Source: a virus
Taxonomy: Duplodnaviria > Caudoviricetes
IMG/VR virus record: IMGVR_UViG_3300023252_000165
Coordinates: 1-43,381 of that record
DNA: 43,381 nt
Direction: 5' to 3' (one strand)
The notes beneath the pieces were generated by a model. The model saw nothing but the letters and a program-made list of their open reading frames with translations, had not been told where the DNA came from and did not search any database. The stretch's first letter is position 1; each line of letters begins with the position of its first letter. Of this stretch, positions 7,211-17,709 are shown in pieces. Both the position numbers and the translations under genes were made by a program.

Positions 7211-7668
7211 TGCTTTTCACCTTCCTTCAATTCACTATCAACATTCTTACCAGCTAATTCATCTAGAATTTCAGTACCAAAGCTTTCTTTCTGTTCCTTC
7301 TCACCCTCAATGACCTTTAACTTTTCAGCAAGGTTTGTTGGTACTAGAACACCTAATTCTGCCATGTTTTCAGTTATGGACAATGCTTCATTGGCGATGT
7401 AAAACAGTACAGTCGCAAAAGTTAATGTGCCATTTAAAGCTAATACTTGGTCAACAATGTTTGCTGTGATAATTACGATTAAAACTAACAATTTACGTGC
7501 ATAACCAAAGAGGCTTTTACGACTCCATAAGTTACCGTTTTTTGTTGCCTTGAAAAGTCCTGTAATGATGTCTAATCCCATTAATAAAAGTAATAGGTGT
7601 AGAAATTTAACTCCGCCAAATAAATATAAATGTGCTACTTCTAAGTACTGCAAATTCATTCCTCCCAT
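7207..7668 (-). CDS. Holin (Phage_holin_4_1 family)
   Basis: 'DIITG...SRKSLFGYARK...FYIANEALSITENMAELGVLVP'; start moved to ATG 7668 (AAGGAG RBS). Confidence 0.92.
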   Translation of the reverse strand: MGGMNLQYLEVAHLYLFGGVKFLHLLLLLMGLDIITGLFKATKNGNLWSRKSLFGYARKLLVLIVIITANIVDQVLALNGTLTFATVLFYIANEALSITENMAELGVLVPTNLAEKLKVIEGEKEQKESFGTEILDELAGKNVDSELKEGEKQ

Positions 7669-7733
7669 AAGCTCACGCTCCTTGTTTTTTGCATAATAAA
7701 AGCCCTCCACAATTATCTGTGGAAGGCATAAAA

Positions 7734-7919
7734 TCAAATATATTTTTGAAAATATTTAAGCTCTTCATTTAACGTATCAATTGCCTTTAGAACATTTTTA
7801 AAATGTCCGTTTTCACGCAAGGCAACATATTTATCTTTTGTAATATGCTTTAATTCTAAAATAGCACTACCTAAATTGCAGTCAAGCTCATTAATTTCAT
7901 CTAGTTCATCTTTCGTCAT
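7734..7919 (-). CDS. Small hypothetical (moron-like) protein between two terminators
   Basis: 61 aa; GAGGTG RBS; hairpins at 7697-7727 and 7941-7973. Confidence 0.65.
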   Translation of the reverse strand: MTKDELDEINELDCNLGSAILELKHITKDKYVALRENGHFKNVLKAIDTLNEELKYFQKYI

Positions 7920-7952
7920 GAAATCACCTCGTTTTTGGCATAAAAAATAACG

Positions 7953-8120
7953 CTAAGCCTGTGCTTGCGTTTTCTGTTCATCCATTATTGTAAGAAGACC
8001 TGTATACTCTACATCTTCCAATTGATTATTTGCATAAAAGACATTTACTTTATTCAACATTGACTCATACTCATAACGCTTACGATCAATTAAATACTTA
8101 CATAGTTCATATACTGACAT
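7953..8120 (-). CDS. XkdX-like small tail-associated protein; not in ORF track
   Basis: MSVYELCKYLIDRKRYEYESMLNKVNVFYANNQLEDVEYTGLLTIMDEQKTQAQA; GGAGG RBS; typical position. Confidence 0.7.
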   Translation of the reverse strand: MSVYELCKYLIDRKRYEYESMLNKVNVFYANNQLEDVEYTGLLTIMDEQKTQAQA

Positions 8121-8121
8121 T

Positions 8122-8448
8122 TTATATTCCTCCTAATCCTAGTTCTGCTCTTGATACCAAATACTCGGTGTTAAGTAATATTTGCGCTTGCATTTCTTCT
8201 ACTGATAATTCAGGTGGTTTATTTTCTGTTGGTGGTTCTGTAGGCGGTTCAATCACAGGTGGATCAGTTACTTCATGATATGGTTCATAAAATAGTTCAC
8301 CCTTTTTGTGATTAATTCGAAGCTGACCATTTCCTTCTGGAATACTATCTGTGACAAACACATCTTCTCGCTTGTCTTCTGGCACTTGTTCTAATGACAG
8401 ATAGATTGAAAGTTCTCCGTTTTCTTGTTCTACTAGATATAGTGTCAT
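8122..8448 (-). CDS. XkdW-like tail fibre assembly protein
   Basis: 108 aa; Pro-rich linker and C-terminal coiled coil; follows receptor-binding gene. Confidence 0.6.
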   Translation of the reverse strand: MTLYLVEQENGELSIYLSLEQVPEDKREDVFVTDSIPEGNGQLRINHKKGELFYEPYHEVTDPPVIEPPTEPPTENKPPELSVEEMQAQILLNTEYLVSRAELGLGGI

Positions 8449-10577
8449 TCTCCTACCCCCTGATAATACAATAGATCGTACTTGTTCTCGATAAATAGTG
8501 GGCCTTTACCAGCAACCAAATATAACCATTCATTTATGTCGAAAGGTTCAGTTTGGAAGAAGGTTTTCCATCCACCTATTCGAAACTGAATTGCTGAACC
8601 AAGCGTAGCGATACTTGTGAACGCCTTCGTTGTTAAATCTAATGTTTGGAGAGTTGTGTTGTTATGAAGATATATCTCGTTTCCTATTTTACATATTGGA
8701 ACTATGGATGAAGCTATAGTCGGTATTGTGACTGTCAATGTAGAGACATCAACTACCGTCATCTTATCTCCGATATATAAAAGATTTCCTTCATTGAACA
8801 TATACCAATAATTTATGTTATTTGGCCCAATAGGCATTGTACTAGCAGTGTAGCTGATGTAAGTTAATAAGCCAGTAACAGGATTGTATGCAAATTTAAC
8901 AATTCGGATATTAGCGCCATCGCCTATCATAAAGTACATATTGTCATCAATTCGATAAGGCCCTATGCACACATTATTTTGAGCACCCCAAGGTGTTAAA
9001 GTTAGGAGTTTTTGAATCCCGTTTCCAGTTTCTTTATCGAATACAAATATGTTAGCACTGTAAGCACCACCATTATTTATGTTACCTTCAACTGAAATTA
9101 TTATATGCTTCTCTGTTATTAGAAACGATGAAATGCTGTAAAAATAAGGGATTGTAGGTTCGATGTACTCTGTAAGCCGTATTTTAGTATAGGTTTGGAA
9201 CGCAAATTTATTTACCTTTATAATATCACGATGAGTATTAGCCACTGTAGTAGGTGAAAAATTCACATTTCTAAGAAAATATACGTTATCAGCATCGAAC
9301 TGAATTTTACCATCGAGATACGATTTGGAAGCGTTAGTGAATCCAACATTATCTGTAGCATCAATCGTCTGAAAAGTGATGACTTTTCTTGTTACTGGAT
9401 CAATAGTAAGTTTACCCATAGTTGTGCCATTGCACCAAAAAATCGCCTGTGCATCAGAATCGTATTTCCACAAAACGCCTGAGCTGGTAGGTGGTTTGTT
9501 GTAGATTATGTCCAGTAACAAACCATCAAACACGTACCCTCTTAACATCTTAGCAGCGTATCGTTTACCATTTAGGTCTGATATATAACCAGTCCCTTGA
9601 TCCACACGTCCTAACATTTCAAGAACATCTGCAACTTGTTCATAGGATGATAAGTTTATGTCACCCTTTTTAAGTGGATTGGTTATGCCTGCGTACACAA
9701 ATGCAGGTGTGTCTAAATCTGGATTACGCTTAAGACCCCATAAGTAGTTTTCATTATCCCCTGTATCAAGATACACATGAGGCATTGCTGCGTCTTTATG
9801 ATCGTCTATCTGGTTTTGTAAATTACCAGCAGCATTGGTATCTAAAATATCCTTGATAGTAGCAAACCAAGTATCAAAATCATTTTTCTTGCCATTGAGC
9901 CACGTATAATATAGTTGTTCCTCTGCTTGTCTCCAAGCTTCAAAACCTTTCTCCTGTGCGTCAATCCAATTTTCTAATGCAGTAGTTACATTAGTTTGCC
10001 ATGCTAAAAATTCAGATGCTTTCGTTACTGAATAATCATTAAACCATTGTTGATATTGATTGAAGATAGTTGTTGTATCAACTTGGTCAACAACGCCATG
10101 CATTAGACCACATAGATTATTGTTTAATCGTGTATCTGTTATTGCAGCTTGGTTTACTGTTAAAGCACCTTTAGCAACATAAACATCTGCTAGGGCTAAC
10201 TCATATGCATCTGCATCCCGCTTTAATGTCGGTGCGATAGGTGAAGCTGATAACGTACCTTTCTTGACCTCTACACTCATCTTGCGTTGAATAAAGTCTA
10301 ATCGAATGACAATACGATCAATGCGGTTAAGTGTTGCATCCCCAACTGCAAGAGGTAAATTATAGTCCTCATCATTAATCAAGTAGAAGCCATTTACCCA
10401 TGCTTTACCTGGGCGAACAATTACACTCATCGAATCTCCATTTGCTCGAATCTGTAAACAGTCCGAAGGTTTTACGAAAATACCGTTTCCGATAAACGTT
10501 GCAAAATACTGTGCAAAATCTTCTGCCTTATATCGTCTATCCCCATTAATGGAGTTAAACATTCCAAATTTCATCAT
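8445..10577 (-). CDS. Baseplate upper protein / receptor-binding tail protein
   Basis: BppU-like N-terminus 'RIDRIVIRLD...ELALADVYV...ITDTR...CG', W/F-repeat coil, beta-rich C-terminus. Confidence 0.8.
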   Translation of the reverse strand: MMKFGMFNSINGDRRYKAEDFAQYFATFIGNGIFVKPSDCLQIRANGDSMSVIVRPGKAWVNGFYLINDEDYNLPLAVGDATLNRIDRIVIRLDFIQRKMSVEVKKGTLSASPIAPTLKRDADAYELALADVYVAKGALTVNQAAITDTRLNNNLCGLMHGVVDQVDTTTIFNQYQQWFNDYSVTKASEFLAWQTNVTTALENWIDAQEKGFEAWRQAEEQLYYTWLNGKKNDFDTWFATIKDILDTNAAGNLQNQIDDHKDAAMPHVYLDTGDNENYLWGLKRNPDLDTPAFVYAGITNPLKKGDINLSSYEQVADVLEMLGRVDQGTGYISDLNGKRYAAKMLRGYVFDGLLLDIIYNKPPTSSGVLWKYDSDAQAIFWCNGTTMGKLTIDPVTRKVITFQTIDATDNVGFTNASKSYLDGKIQFDADNVYFLRNVNFSPTTVANTHRDIIKVNKFAFQTYTKIRLTEYIEPTIPYFYSISSFLITEKHIIISVEGNINNGGAYSANIFVFDKETGNGIQKLLTLTPWGAQNNVCIGPYRIDDNMYFMIGDGANIRIVKFAYNPVTGLLTYISYTASTMPIGPNNINYWYMFNEGNLLYIGDKMTVVDVSTLTVTIPTIASSIVPICKIGNEIYLHNNTTLQTLDLTTKAFTSIATLGSAIQFRIGGWKTFFQTEPFDINEWLYLVAGKGPLFIENKYDLLYYQGVGE

Positions 10578-10579
10578 TA

Positions 10580-11677
10580 CTACTTCACCATCCTTTTAAT
10601 TGCCTGTGGAAGGGTAGGTACTGATTTACCAACCGTTACATAGATTGATTTCCCATCTTGTTGAAAAACCTCATCTGCTTGCATCACACGGCTATTCATT
10701 AAAATTCCTAAATCGTCATCTTTAATCGTGACTAAATCACCTAAGAAGAAATCTTCGTTGTACTTTGTATTTTCTTTTGTTACATCTAACTCGCAATCAA
10801 ATCCTATGAACTCTGTGTATTCGGCTATTTTTTCACTGCCTTTAGCTACGAGTAAATTGTTGTATTCACCTGTAGGAATCGGAATCTGCTCGCCGTTAGA
10901 GTCCTTAGTATCTGATATTTCTCGAGCATCAATAAATATTTCACGCCGATTCAATCCTTTGAAGGTTGTACCGATACTTGCCATCATACGTGCTGCACCT
11001 TCCCCAGCACCCCCTATTAGAGCTGTAGTCTTCAAATCGTTATCCGCATCTTCATACATTCGTTTAAGTAAATTGCTACGATTCTTTGACAAGATAATAC
11101 GAGGATTTAAACTTTGATTAATAGTCCTGTCAGTACCTTCGTAAAAATCATATTTTAGTGTCCGGCCGTCGAATAAACAACGCATCCCAATATCATGAGT
11201 CGTGCATAAATTCTCGCACACTTCAAAAACTTGCTTATATGAAATTTGTTGTTGAATTGCTTTACCGATATTTCGAACTGCAGCTAGTTGTACTTGTGTG
11301 ATTTTACGATTCGTTTCAGTAGGACTAACCATTGTTTCATTAATAAGTTGCCTCATAATCAATTCAGGTGTTGTATTAAAATCATATTGCTTCCACAGTA
11401 ATCTTCTGTCAGTCCATCTTGTAAGTGAGAAGCACTTAATAACTAACTGATCTACGCCATTACTATCATCAAATTGGCGATAGTAAATATACATGGCTTC
11501 GTTATCATCTTGACGAAAAATAATATTTCCCTTTTTCAGCAACTCGATGTTTTTATGTGTTACATCAACGTGTAATTCTGCCTCACTACCTGGGCCATAT
11601 TTTTTCCTCCACAGTAAATAAGAGAATTTACCGATATATCCTAAACGAACAAAATTTTCATCACATACATATAACAC
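10580..11677 (-). CDS. Baseplate hub (Tal; ReqiPepy6 Gp37-like)
   Basis: 'GGAGEGAAR', 'RREIFIDARE', 'DFFLGDLVT' motifs; follows Dit. Confidence 0.85.
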   Translation of the reverse strand: MLYVCDENFVRLGYIGKFSYLLWRKKYGPGSEAELHVDVTHKNIELLKKGNIIFRQDDNEAMYIYYRQFDDSNGVDQLVIKCFSLTRWTDRRLLWKQYDFNTTPELIMRQLINETMVSPTETNRKITQVQLAAVRNIGKAIQQQISYKQVFEVCENLCTTHDIGMRCLFDGRTLKYDFYEGTDRTINQSLNPRIILSKNRSNLLKRMYEDADNDLKTTALIGGAGEGAARMMASIGTTFKGLNRREIFIDAREISDTKDSNGEQIPIPTGEYNNLLVAKGSEKIAEYTEFIGFDCELDVTKENTKYNEDFFLGDLVTIKDDDLGILMNSRVMQADEVFQQDGKSIYVTVGKSVPTLPQAIKRMVK

Positions 11678-11679
11678 GG

Positions 11680-12558
11680 CTACACCCCCACGAATTGAGG
11701 CGTAAAGTAAATAGACACCTCTAAATTAGATACAAATTCAGCAGCATCATAACGAATCAAGTTATCTCCGACATCCACACTTAACTGAATGTCAGAGTCA
11801 TATGAAAGGTAATTAAAGTAATTAACCTGCTGTCCATTACGTTCAAGGATTGCATATTCATCACCGCGCTTTGTATTGACGGTGACAACATCCCCACCTT
11901 TTAAAGTAGCTTCTATCTTAACAATTTTGCCTGTATCCACTACTTCTATATAAGGGTTAACTACACTTCCGATGGCTTTAAATTGAATACGTAAAGGAGA
12001 GGCTGTATCACTATCATTGAAAACATTAACCACATTATTCGGCTCACGATAGCCCATTTCAATACCGTCTCCTTCTGCGTCAATTTCTAGCTCAAATTCA
12101 AAGGCTGCTACCCACATGGCAATTTCATATTTTTGTTCCTCGGTATACCACCAAGGATTGGGGCATAAAAATGAGATCATAAATTCCGGCCAAATATGTT
12201 TACTGACGACAGGTGATTTTTCTACACGACAATCGATAAAGCGAGTTATGTCACCGTTTGTGTACTCTAATGTAAATTTGTTTTTCGGATTAAAAAAACG
12301 TATTAACTTTTGCCGATTCATTTCTTTATCCTGTCGTCTTAGCTGGCCCCCCACAACAATATTCCTTTCATGAACACTAGAGCCTTTAATATTCGTGCCA
12401 TCCTCGTTATAGTTTTTAACGCTATAAAATTCATTTTCTAATGAGTCTATTCCATCGGCTGATTGCAAGAAAAAAGGACTCACCACCGATATTTCAAGTG
12501 ACTGTCCTTTGTTATTGTGGAAGATTAATTTTTCATTAAAGCCAAATGATGTTCTCAC
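11680..12558 (-). CDS. Distal tail protein (Dit)
   Basis: 'ISFLCPNPWWY' motif; directly after tape measure gene. Confidence 0.85.
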   Translation of the reverse strand: MRTSFGFNEKLIFHNNKGQSLEISVVSPFFLQSADGIDSLENEFYSVKNYNEDGTNIKGSSVHERNIVVGGQLRRQDKEMNRQKLIRFFNPKNKFTLEYTNGDITRFIDCRVEKSPVVSKHIWPEFMISFLCPNPWWYTEEQKYEIAMWVAAFEFELEIDAEGDGIEMGYREPNNVVNVFNDSDTASPLRIQFKAIGSVVNPYIEVVDTGKIVKIEATLKGGDVVTVNTKRGDEYAILERNGQQVNYFNYLSYDSDIQLSVDVGDNLIRYDAAEFVSNLEVSIYFTPQFVGV

Positions 12559-12570
12559 ATTCTCACCTCG

Positions 12571-15500
12571 CTATCCAAACTGTAGCCCCATTTCTTTCCA
12601 TCCGTTCTTGCTTAACCTTGCCGTCTCATATGGATCAAGTGGTTTAGGGCTATTCACCGTTAAGTTATAGATGTTTTCTGTATTGTGTGTTGTGGAGGAC
12701 GATGTATTACCTACTGAATCAGACATATAAGATCCGTTTGTTACAGCTTTAGCTAAACGTCTTGTAGCTCCCGCAACTTTCCCAACCATATCATCAATAC
12801 CTAATACAAGACCTTCTCCAATATTCACACCATAGCCACGCATTACGCGAGACGGACTATGAATATCTAATGCAGAAGCAAATGCTCCAGCAACAATAGA
12901 TGCAAGTGATTGTGCAGCGTTCATTAAATCCCCTTGCTTAGACATCATACCGTCAATTAATCCACTGACAGCATATACACCGATGTTTGGCATTTCGGCC
13001 AATTCAGTTTTTACATTCACTTTCAATGCGATCATACTGTTTCGCCAATCGTTTTGATAAATACGTAACTGTTCGGATGTTTTAAGTTTTAGTTCATTAA
13101 TTTGTTTTTCTGTATTTTGTTTAAGCTCTGTAAGCTCAGATTCCGTTTGCTTACGCGCTTGTTCGTTCTTTGTCTTCCACAATTCTGTGTACTCTGCCAA
13201 TTGCTCTTCAGTCAACGTATTTAATGCCGCTATTTCTGCTCCGGCTTTTGGCCCCATTGCTTGTAATTCAGCAAGTAGCCCTTCATTTATACCCTTTGAA
13301 GCTAGGCTAGTTATATTCTTTTGCCAATCTTCAAACGCCGTCACTTGGGACTGTAAAGCAGCGATAAGCGTAGCGCCTGAAACGTCACGTTGTGCAACCT
13401 CATCGAATAAGCCGGCGAATGAATAATAAGCATTTCTTCGCTTATCAAATTCATCTTGATAAACCTTAGTCAAACGTTCTTCTTCTTTGATGTACTCATC
13501 ATTTAGCTTTTTAACGTTGTCCATGTAAGTTTTATCAATGGCTTCTTTTTCTTTATTAATACTTTCAGTTACTTTTTTATACATCTTTTGAACTTCGATT
13601 TTCTCTGCAGTACCATCTTTAAACAGCTTTAATGACTGCTCTAAAATGTATTGTTCAGTAGCCAATGAAAGTTCATCCGTTGATTCTTTATCAGCGATGT
13701 ATTGTTTAACAACCTTCAATCGTTCACTAGCAGCTTTTTCTTCTTTTTTGACCATATCAGACCAAGCTTTGTCATTGACCTTTTTCAATTTATCTTGCGT
13801 GTCTTGTTCAAGCTTCACAAGCTTAGCATTGGCTGTTTCTTTCAATTGTTGAATCTTGATGTTGTCATTAGCTGTTGTACCTTTTTTCTTAGCGCTTATT
13901 GTGTTATTCGCCTTTTGAAGATCTACACCTAATTTATTTTCAATTTCAAGTTTCTTTTTAGCAGCGTCTTGTTGAATTTTAGTACGTTCTTTTTCAGCTT
14001 CATCAGCTATTTTAGTTACTTCAATTTGGTTAGACTTTGTTACATCAATTAGTAGCTGCCCAAGTTCTTTCATAACACTTTCATTACGGGCTTGAGTTGA
14101 TTCAATACCTACAGCTAAACCTTCACCGGTCCATCTACCGACCTCCATCATTACTCGTGAGGGTGATTTAATGCCCAGCATGTCTCTTGCCCATTGAGGT
14201 AACTTGCTTGCTAATTCCTCAACTTTTTGTTTAACACCATCGAATTTTTCACTAATCCCTTTAATTAATCCAGCAACAATATCTTTACCTATTTGAGTTA
14301 AATTGATTTTAGATAAAAATAATTGGGCTTCAGACCACTTTTTTTCAATTTTTGTTTTTACTTCTATCATTTTATTACCAATAGAAAGTGCCATTTCCGT
14401 AATTTTATTGATTGCAGCATCCTTTAATTCCTGTGTTTTTTTGACAGTAGCTTGAGTCATTTCATCCCATTTTTTAGAAGCATCTTCTTTTAATTGCTTC
14501 CATTCAGAAGATACATTTTTCTTATAAACTTGCCATTTAGAAAGTAACTCCCCAGTTTCCCAATTAACTTTATTTACATGTTCATCTGCTTGCTTTTGGG
14601 CTTCATCTACAATCTTCGAATGACGGTCTTCTGCTAACTTAATTGTTTCATCCCGAGACCTCTTTGCTTCTGCAATCATTCTATCTGCTTCTTCAGCAGT
14701 TATATCACCGGTTTCATCACGCATTTTAATAATTTGGCCCAATTTTTTTTCGTATGTTTCGTTAGCTTCTTTTAAAATTTCGTCTTTTTGCTTAACTGCA
14801 TTTTTAACAACTTCAGCCGCTTGTTCAGCAGAAACTTTTGAAGCATTTTCTTTCATACGTTCCATGATTACTTTTTGTTCAAGTTCACTCTCACTTAATA
14901 CCCTAACAGCATTTTCTTTCATGCTCTGATTGTAGTTATCAATGATTTCACGTTCACGTTCTGTTAATTCTCTTTTTTCATCTGCAGCCTTTTGTAAGAG
15001 CGCCTTTACATTTTCATTCATAGCGTTCTGTTCTTTAAGTTCCCATTCATTTCGTCTTTGAGTGTTAGCAATTATTTTTTCTTCTTCTTGGGAAGTTAGA
15101 GCAGATGAATTCATAAAGAAATCTTGTAAATCTGATAATTGCTCAGCATTACGCTTCTTCATGCCTTCCACAATCTTTGCATTCATTTCATCATATTTAG
15201 TAGTTATTTCTTTAGCCATATCGCTTGTTACTTTTGTAGAGGTCAAATATAACTCTGATAATGTTTGCGACACTCCATCAGACAATTCCAAATATCCACC
15301 TAATGCCACTTTTGTAGCTTCGGATACACCTACACTCCAATCTTCAATTACAAGTGATGTCTTGCTTACTTCTTTTGCTACAATTGCTGCTGTTACACCA
15401 ATACCTGCTATAGCAGCTACGGTTAAACCAATCGGACCAGTTACTAATGCTAATGTGGCACCTAAGGCTGTTGTTGCTCCGCCAGCTGCACCGATTGCTA

Positions 15501-17115
15501 TAGAAAACCCGCCTACTGCACTAATAATAGTCCCAACACTAGATATTAATGTACCTCCAACAACAAGTAGAGGGCCTATAGCTGCAGCTAACCCTCCAAT
15601 AACAAGAATCGTTTTTTGGGTTTCTGTAGAAAGAGCTCCGAATTTCTCTACCCAAGGGCCGATTATATTCATTGCATCCCTAGCCATGGGGATTAAAATA
15701 TTCCCAATACTAATACCCACATCAACAATTTGGTTTTTTAACATAGCCATTTGGGATGCAGTTGTTTCATAGCGCTGTGCTGCCTCGTTAGATAATGCTG
15801 TATTCTCTTTCCATGCATTAGTGGATGTATTTACAGCGCTAGATAATAAATCACTTGCTCCAGCCATACGCATCATTACATCTGATTCGTATATGCCTTT
15901 AATGCCCATATCTTTTAATACTTCAGTTAAGTTTTCTCCACGAGAAGAAATAGTAGCAAGTCCTTTTACAACTGCATCTAAACCATCGATTGCACTTGAA
16001 TCATATAGTTTCTTAAATTCACTACTAGACATTTGCGCTACTTCTGCCCACGTCCCTAAAGAAGCACCGCCTTCCATAATGGCCCCTTGCATCTTCTTTA
16101 GAACAGTAGTCATCGCGGTACCACCCATTTCGGCTTGTATACCTAAACTGGACATAGTACCCGCTAAGGCCATAATTTGCGCTTCTGACATGCCTACCTG
16201 TTTACCTTGTGCTGCTAAACGCATACCCATTGACATAATTTCTGATTCGGTTGTTGCCATTGTGTTACCTAGTCCAACAATAGAAGAACCTAAACGGTCA
16301 AAATTGTCCTGGCTCATACCTACGATATTGGCAAAACGAGCAAACTCTGTTGCGGCCTGTTCGCGTGTCATGTTGGTAGATTCACCAAGATCAATAATCG
16401 TGCGTGAGAAAGATAATATCTTATCTTCTGCAATCCCTAATTGTCCTGCTGATTCTGCTACGGACGCGATATCGGATGCACTTGCCGGTAATTGCTTGGC
16501 CATATCACGAATGCCTTGTTCAAGCTTTTTAAATCCTTCTTCGCTTGTATCAACAGTTTTACGAACGCCTGCGAAAGCTGATTCAAAATCAACCGCCATT
16601 TTAAAGGCTCCAGCACCTGCTGCTACTAAAGGTGCTGTAACTGTTAAGGATAATTTTTTTCCTACATTCGTCATGCTTTCCCCGACAGACTGTAGTTTGC
16701 CACCAATCTCTTGCATGCGTTGGCCCGCTTGTGTCCATCCAGAAGATTGCACACGCAATTGCTCTGTTACCTCTGCAAGTTGTCGTTCCAATCGATTGTA
16801 ATCAGCTTGTGCACGGTTGACAGCATTTGCTTGTCGCTCAATTGCAGCCTCTGACGCTGTTCCACTAGCGACTAGTTCATCGTAACGTCTACGCTGTTCT
16901 TGTAGTTTTACACCTGCTGCATCGAATTGACGAGATAAAATATTTTGCTTCTGACCTAAGCCATCCACAGATTTGCCGTAAGTATCGCCTTTTTCGGACA
17001 ACGCTCGTAGTTCACTACCCATTGCAGTCATTTGTCTATTAACTTGTGCAATTGAACCATTGAAATTAGATGCATTTAGACTAAGACTGACTTCTAAGGA
17101 ACCGATTTCTGCCAT
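12571..17115 (-). CDS. Tail tape measure protein (TP901 family core)
   Basis: 1514 aa; 'DFESAFAGVRKT', hydrophobic central segment, 'GIKSPSRV' and 'DIHSPSRV' motifs. Confidence 0.96.
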   Translation of the reverse strand: MAEIGSLEVSLSLNASNFNGSIAQVNRQMTAMGSELRALSEKGDTYGKSVDGLGQKQNILSRQFDAAGVKLQEQRRRYDELVASGTASEAAIERQANAVNRAQADYNRLERQLAEVTEQLRVQSSGWTQAGQRMQEIGGKLQSVGESMTNVGKKLSLTVTAPLVAAGAGAFKMAVDFESAFAGVRKTVDTSEEGFKKLEQGIRDMAKQLPASASDIASVAESAGQLGIAEDKILSFSRTIIDLGESTNMTREQAATEFARFANIVGMSQDNFDRLGSSIVGLGNTMATTESEIMSMGMRLAAQGKQVGMSEAQIMALAGTMSSLGIQAEMGGTAMTTVLKKMQGAIMEGGASLGTWAEVAQMSSSEFKKLYDSSAIDGLDAVVKGLATISSRGENLTEVLKDMGIKGIYESDVMMRMAGASDLLSSAVNTSTNAWKENTALSNEAAQRYETTASQMAMLKNQIVDVGISIGNILIPMARDAMNIIGPWVEKFGALSTETQKTILVIGGLAAAIGPLLVVGGTLISSVGTIISAVGGFSIAIGAAGGATTALGATLALVTGPIGLTVAAIAGIGVTAAIVAKEVSKTSLVIEDWSVGVSEATKVALGGYLELSDGVSQTLSELYLTSTKVTSDMAKEITTKYDEMNAKIVEGMKKRNAEQLSDLQDFFMNSSALTSQEEEKIIANTQRRNEWELKEQNAMNENVKALLQKAADEKRELTEREREIIDNYNQSMKENAVRVLSESELEQKVIMERMKENASKVSAEQAAEVVKNAVKQKDEILKEANETYEKKLGQIIKMRDETGDITAEEADRMIAEAKRSRDETIKLAEDRHSKIVDEAQKQADEHVNKVNWETGELLSKWQVYKKNVSSEWKQLKEDASKKWDEMTQATVKKTQELKDAAINKITEMALSIGNKMIEVKTKIEKKWSEAQLFLSKINLTQIGKDIVAGLIKGISEKFDGVKQKVEELASKLPQWARDMLGIKSPSRVMMEVGRWTGEGLAVGIESTQARNESVMKELGQLLIDVTKSNQIEVTKIADEAEKERTKIQQDAAKKKLEIENKLGVDLQKANNTISAKKKGTTANDNIKIQQLKETANAKLVKLEQDTQDKLKKVNDKAWSDMVKKEEKAASERLKVVKQYIADKESTDELSLATEQYILEQSLKLFKDGTAEKIEVQKMYKKVTESINKEKEAIDKTYMDNVKKLNDEYIKEEERLTKVYQDEFDKRRNAYYSFAGLFDEVAQRDVSGATLIAALQSQVTAFEDWQKNITSLASKGINEGLLAELQAMGPKAGAEIAALNTLTEEQLAEYTELWKTKNEQARKQTESELTELKQNTEKQINELKLKTSEQLRIYQNDWRNSMIALKVNVKTELAEMPNIGVYAVSGLIDGMMSKQGDLMNAAQSLASIVAGAFASALDIHSPSRVMRGYGVNIGEGLVLGIDDMVGKVAGATRRLAKAVTNGSYMSDSVGNTSSSTTHNTENIYNLTVNSPKPLDPYETARLSKNGWKEMGLQFG

Positions 17116-17148
17116 ATTATCTCACCGCCTTCTTGGCTAAAATAAAAA

Positions 17149-17328
17149 TCACAGCCATGGAATTTCGTCGGCTGTGACTTCTTCAATTTCTTCGTATTCA
17201 TCTGTGTAAAGTTCGTACCAAAAATGGATATCCATTTGGTCTATTTCATAAAGTTTGTAACCTTTGCTTAATAATTCACGGTAAAACTTTTTTATACTTT
17301 GATAAGGAGTTAATCCACTTGCTTTCCC
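17149..17328 (-). CDS. Tail assembly chaperone C-terminal extension (gpGT-like, -1 frame)
   Basis: Open 60-codon -1 frame from slippery GGGAAAG (17322-17328): ...LSKGYKLYEIDQMDIHFWYEL...EIPWL. Confidence 0.8.
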   Translation of the reverse strand, partial: GKASGLTPYQSIKKFYRELLSKGYKLYEIDQMDIHFWYELYTDEYEEIEEVTADEIPWL

Positions 17329-17636
17329 TCGTCTTTACCATCCACAAACTCATAACCACCTAGCCCTAAAACATTAAAAAATACTTGATTCAGAGTTTCT
17401 TGGAATTTACTTAATTCTGTGCCGTCCCATAGTTCATCTATAGTAAATTGGTGATTAAAGGCCTTAACAGCAAATTCAGCCATTTGATCTAAGCTGTAAG
17501 TAACACTCTCTGTGCCTTCTTGTTTCTTCTTTGCAATTTCTTCATTCAATTTTAAGCCCTCACGGAGCAATCGAGCTGGCACAAAATCATTAACAAAAGT
17601 CTTTTCTTCCCCATTGATTTTTAATGTAATTTGCAT
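17310..17636 (-). CDS. Tail assembly chaperone (gpG-like)
   Basis: 108 aa 'AFNHQFTIDELWDG'; between major tail and tape measure genes. Confidence 0.85.
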   Translation of the reverse strand: MQITLKINGEEKTFVNDFVPARLLREGLKLNEEIAKKKQEGTESVTYSLDQMAEFAVKAFNHQFTIDELWDGTELSKFQETLNQVFFNVLGLGGYEFVDGKDEGKQVD

Positions 17637-17675
17637 TTTTCATCCATCCTTTTCGTTAGTTACATAATTTTATTT

Positions 17676-17706
17676 AAAAAGAAAAGAAGCCCTCGAAAGG
17701 ACTTCT
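17676..17706 (-). terminator. Terminator after major tail gene
   Basis: AGAAGTCC-tttcga-GGGCTTCT followed by U-rich tail on minus strand. Confidence 0.7.
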
Positions 17707-17709
17707 GAA

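Noticed and set aside
7657-7737. Holin dual-start motif (M-G-G-M) and the longer 176-aa ORF
   Set aside because: No basic residue between the Mets and the second ATG has no spaced SD; the extension to 7737 runs through a terminator
8445-10577. Diversity-generating retroelement or invertible tail-fibre cassette
   Set aside because: No reverse transcriptase or invertase gene, and no duplicate of the 3' end of the gene was seen
13187-16801. Long + strand ORFs (up to 326 aa) opposite the tape measure gene, and similar ones opposite other structural genes
   Set aside because: Antisense shadows of well-supported genes; no RBS or recognisable motifs
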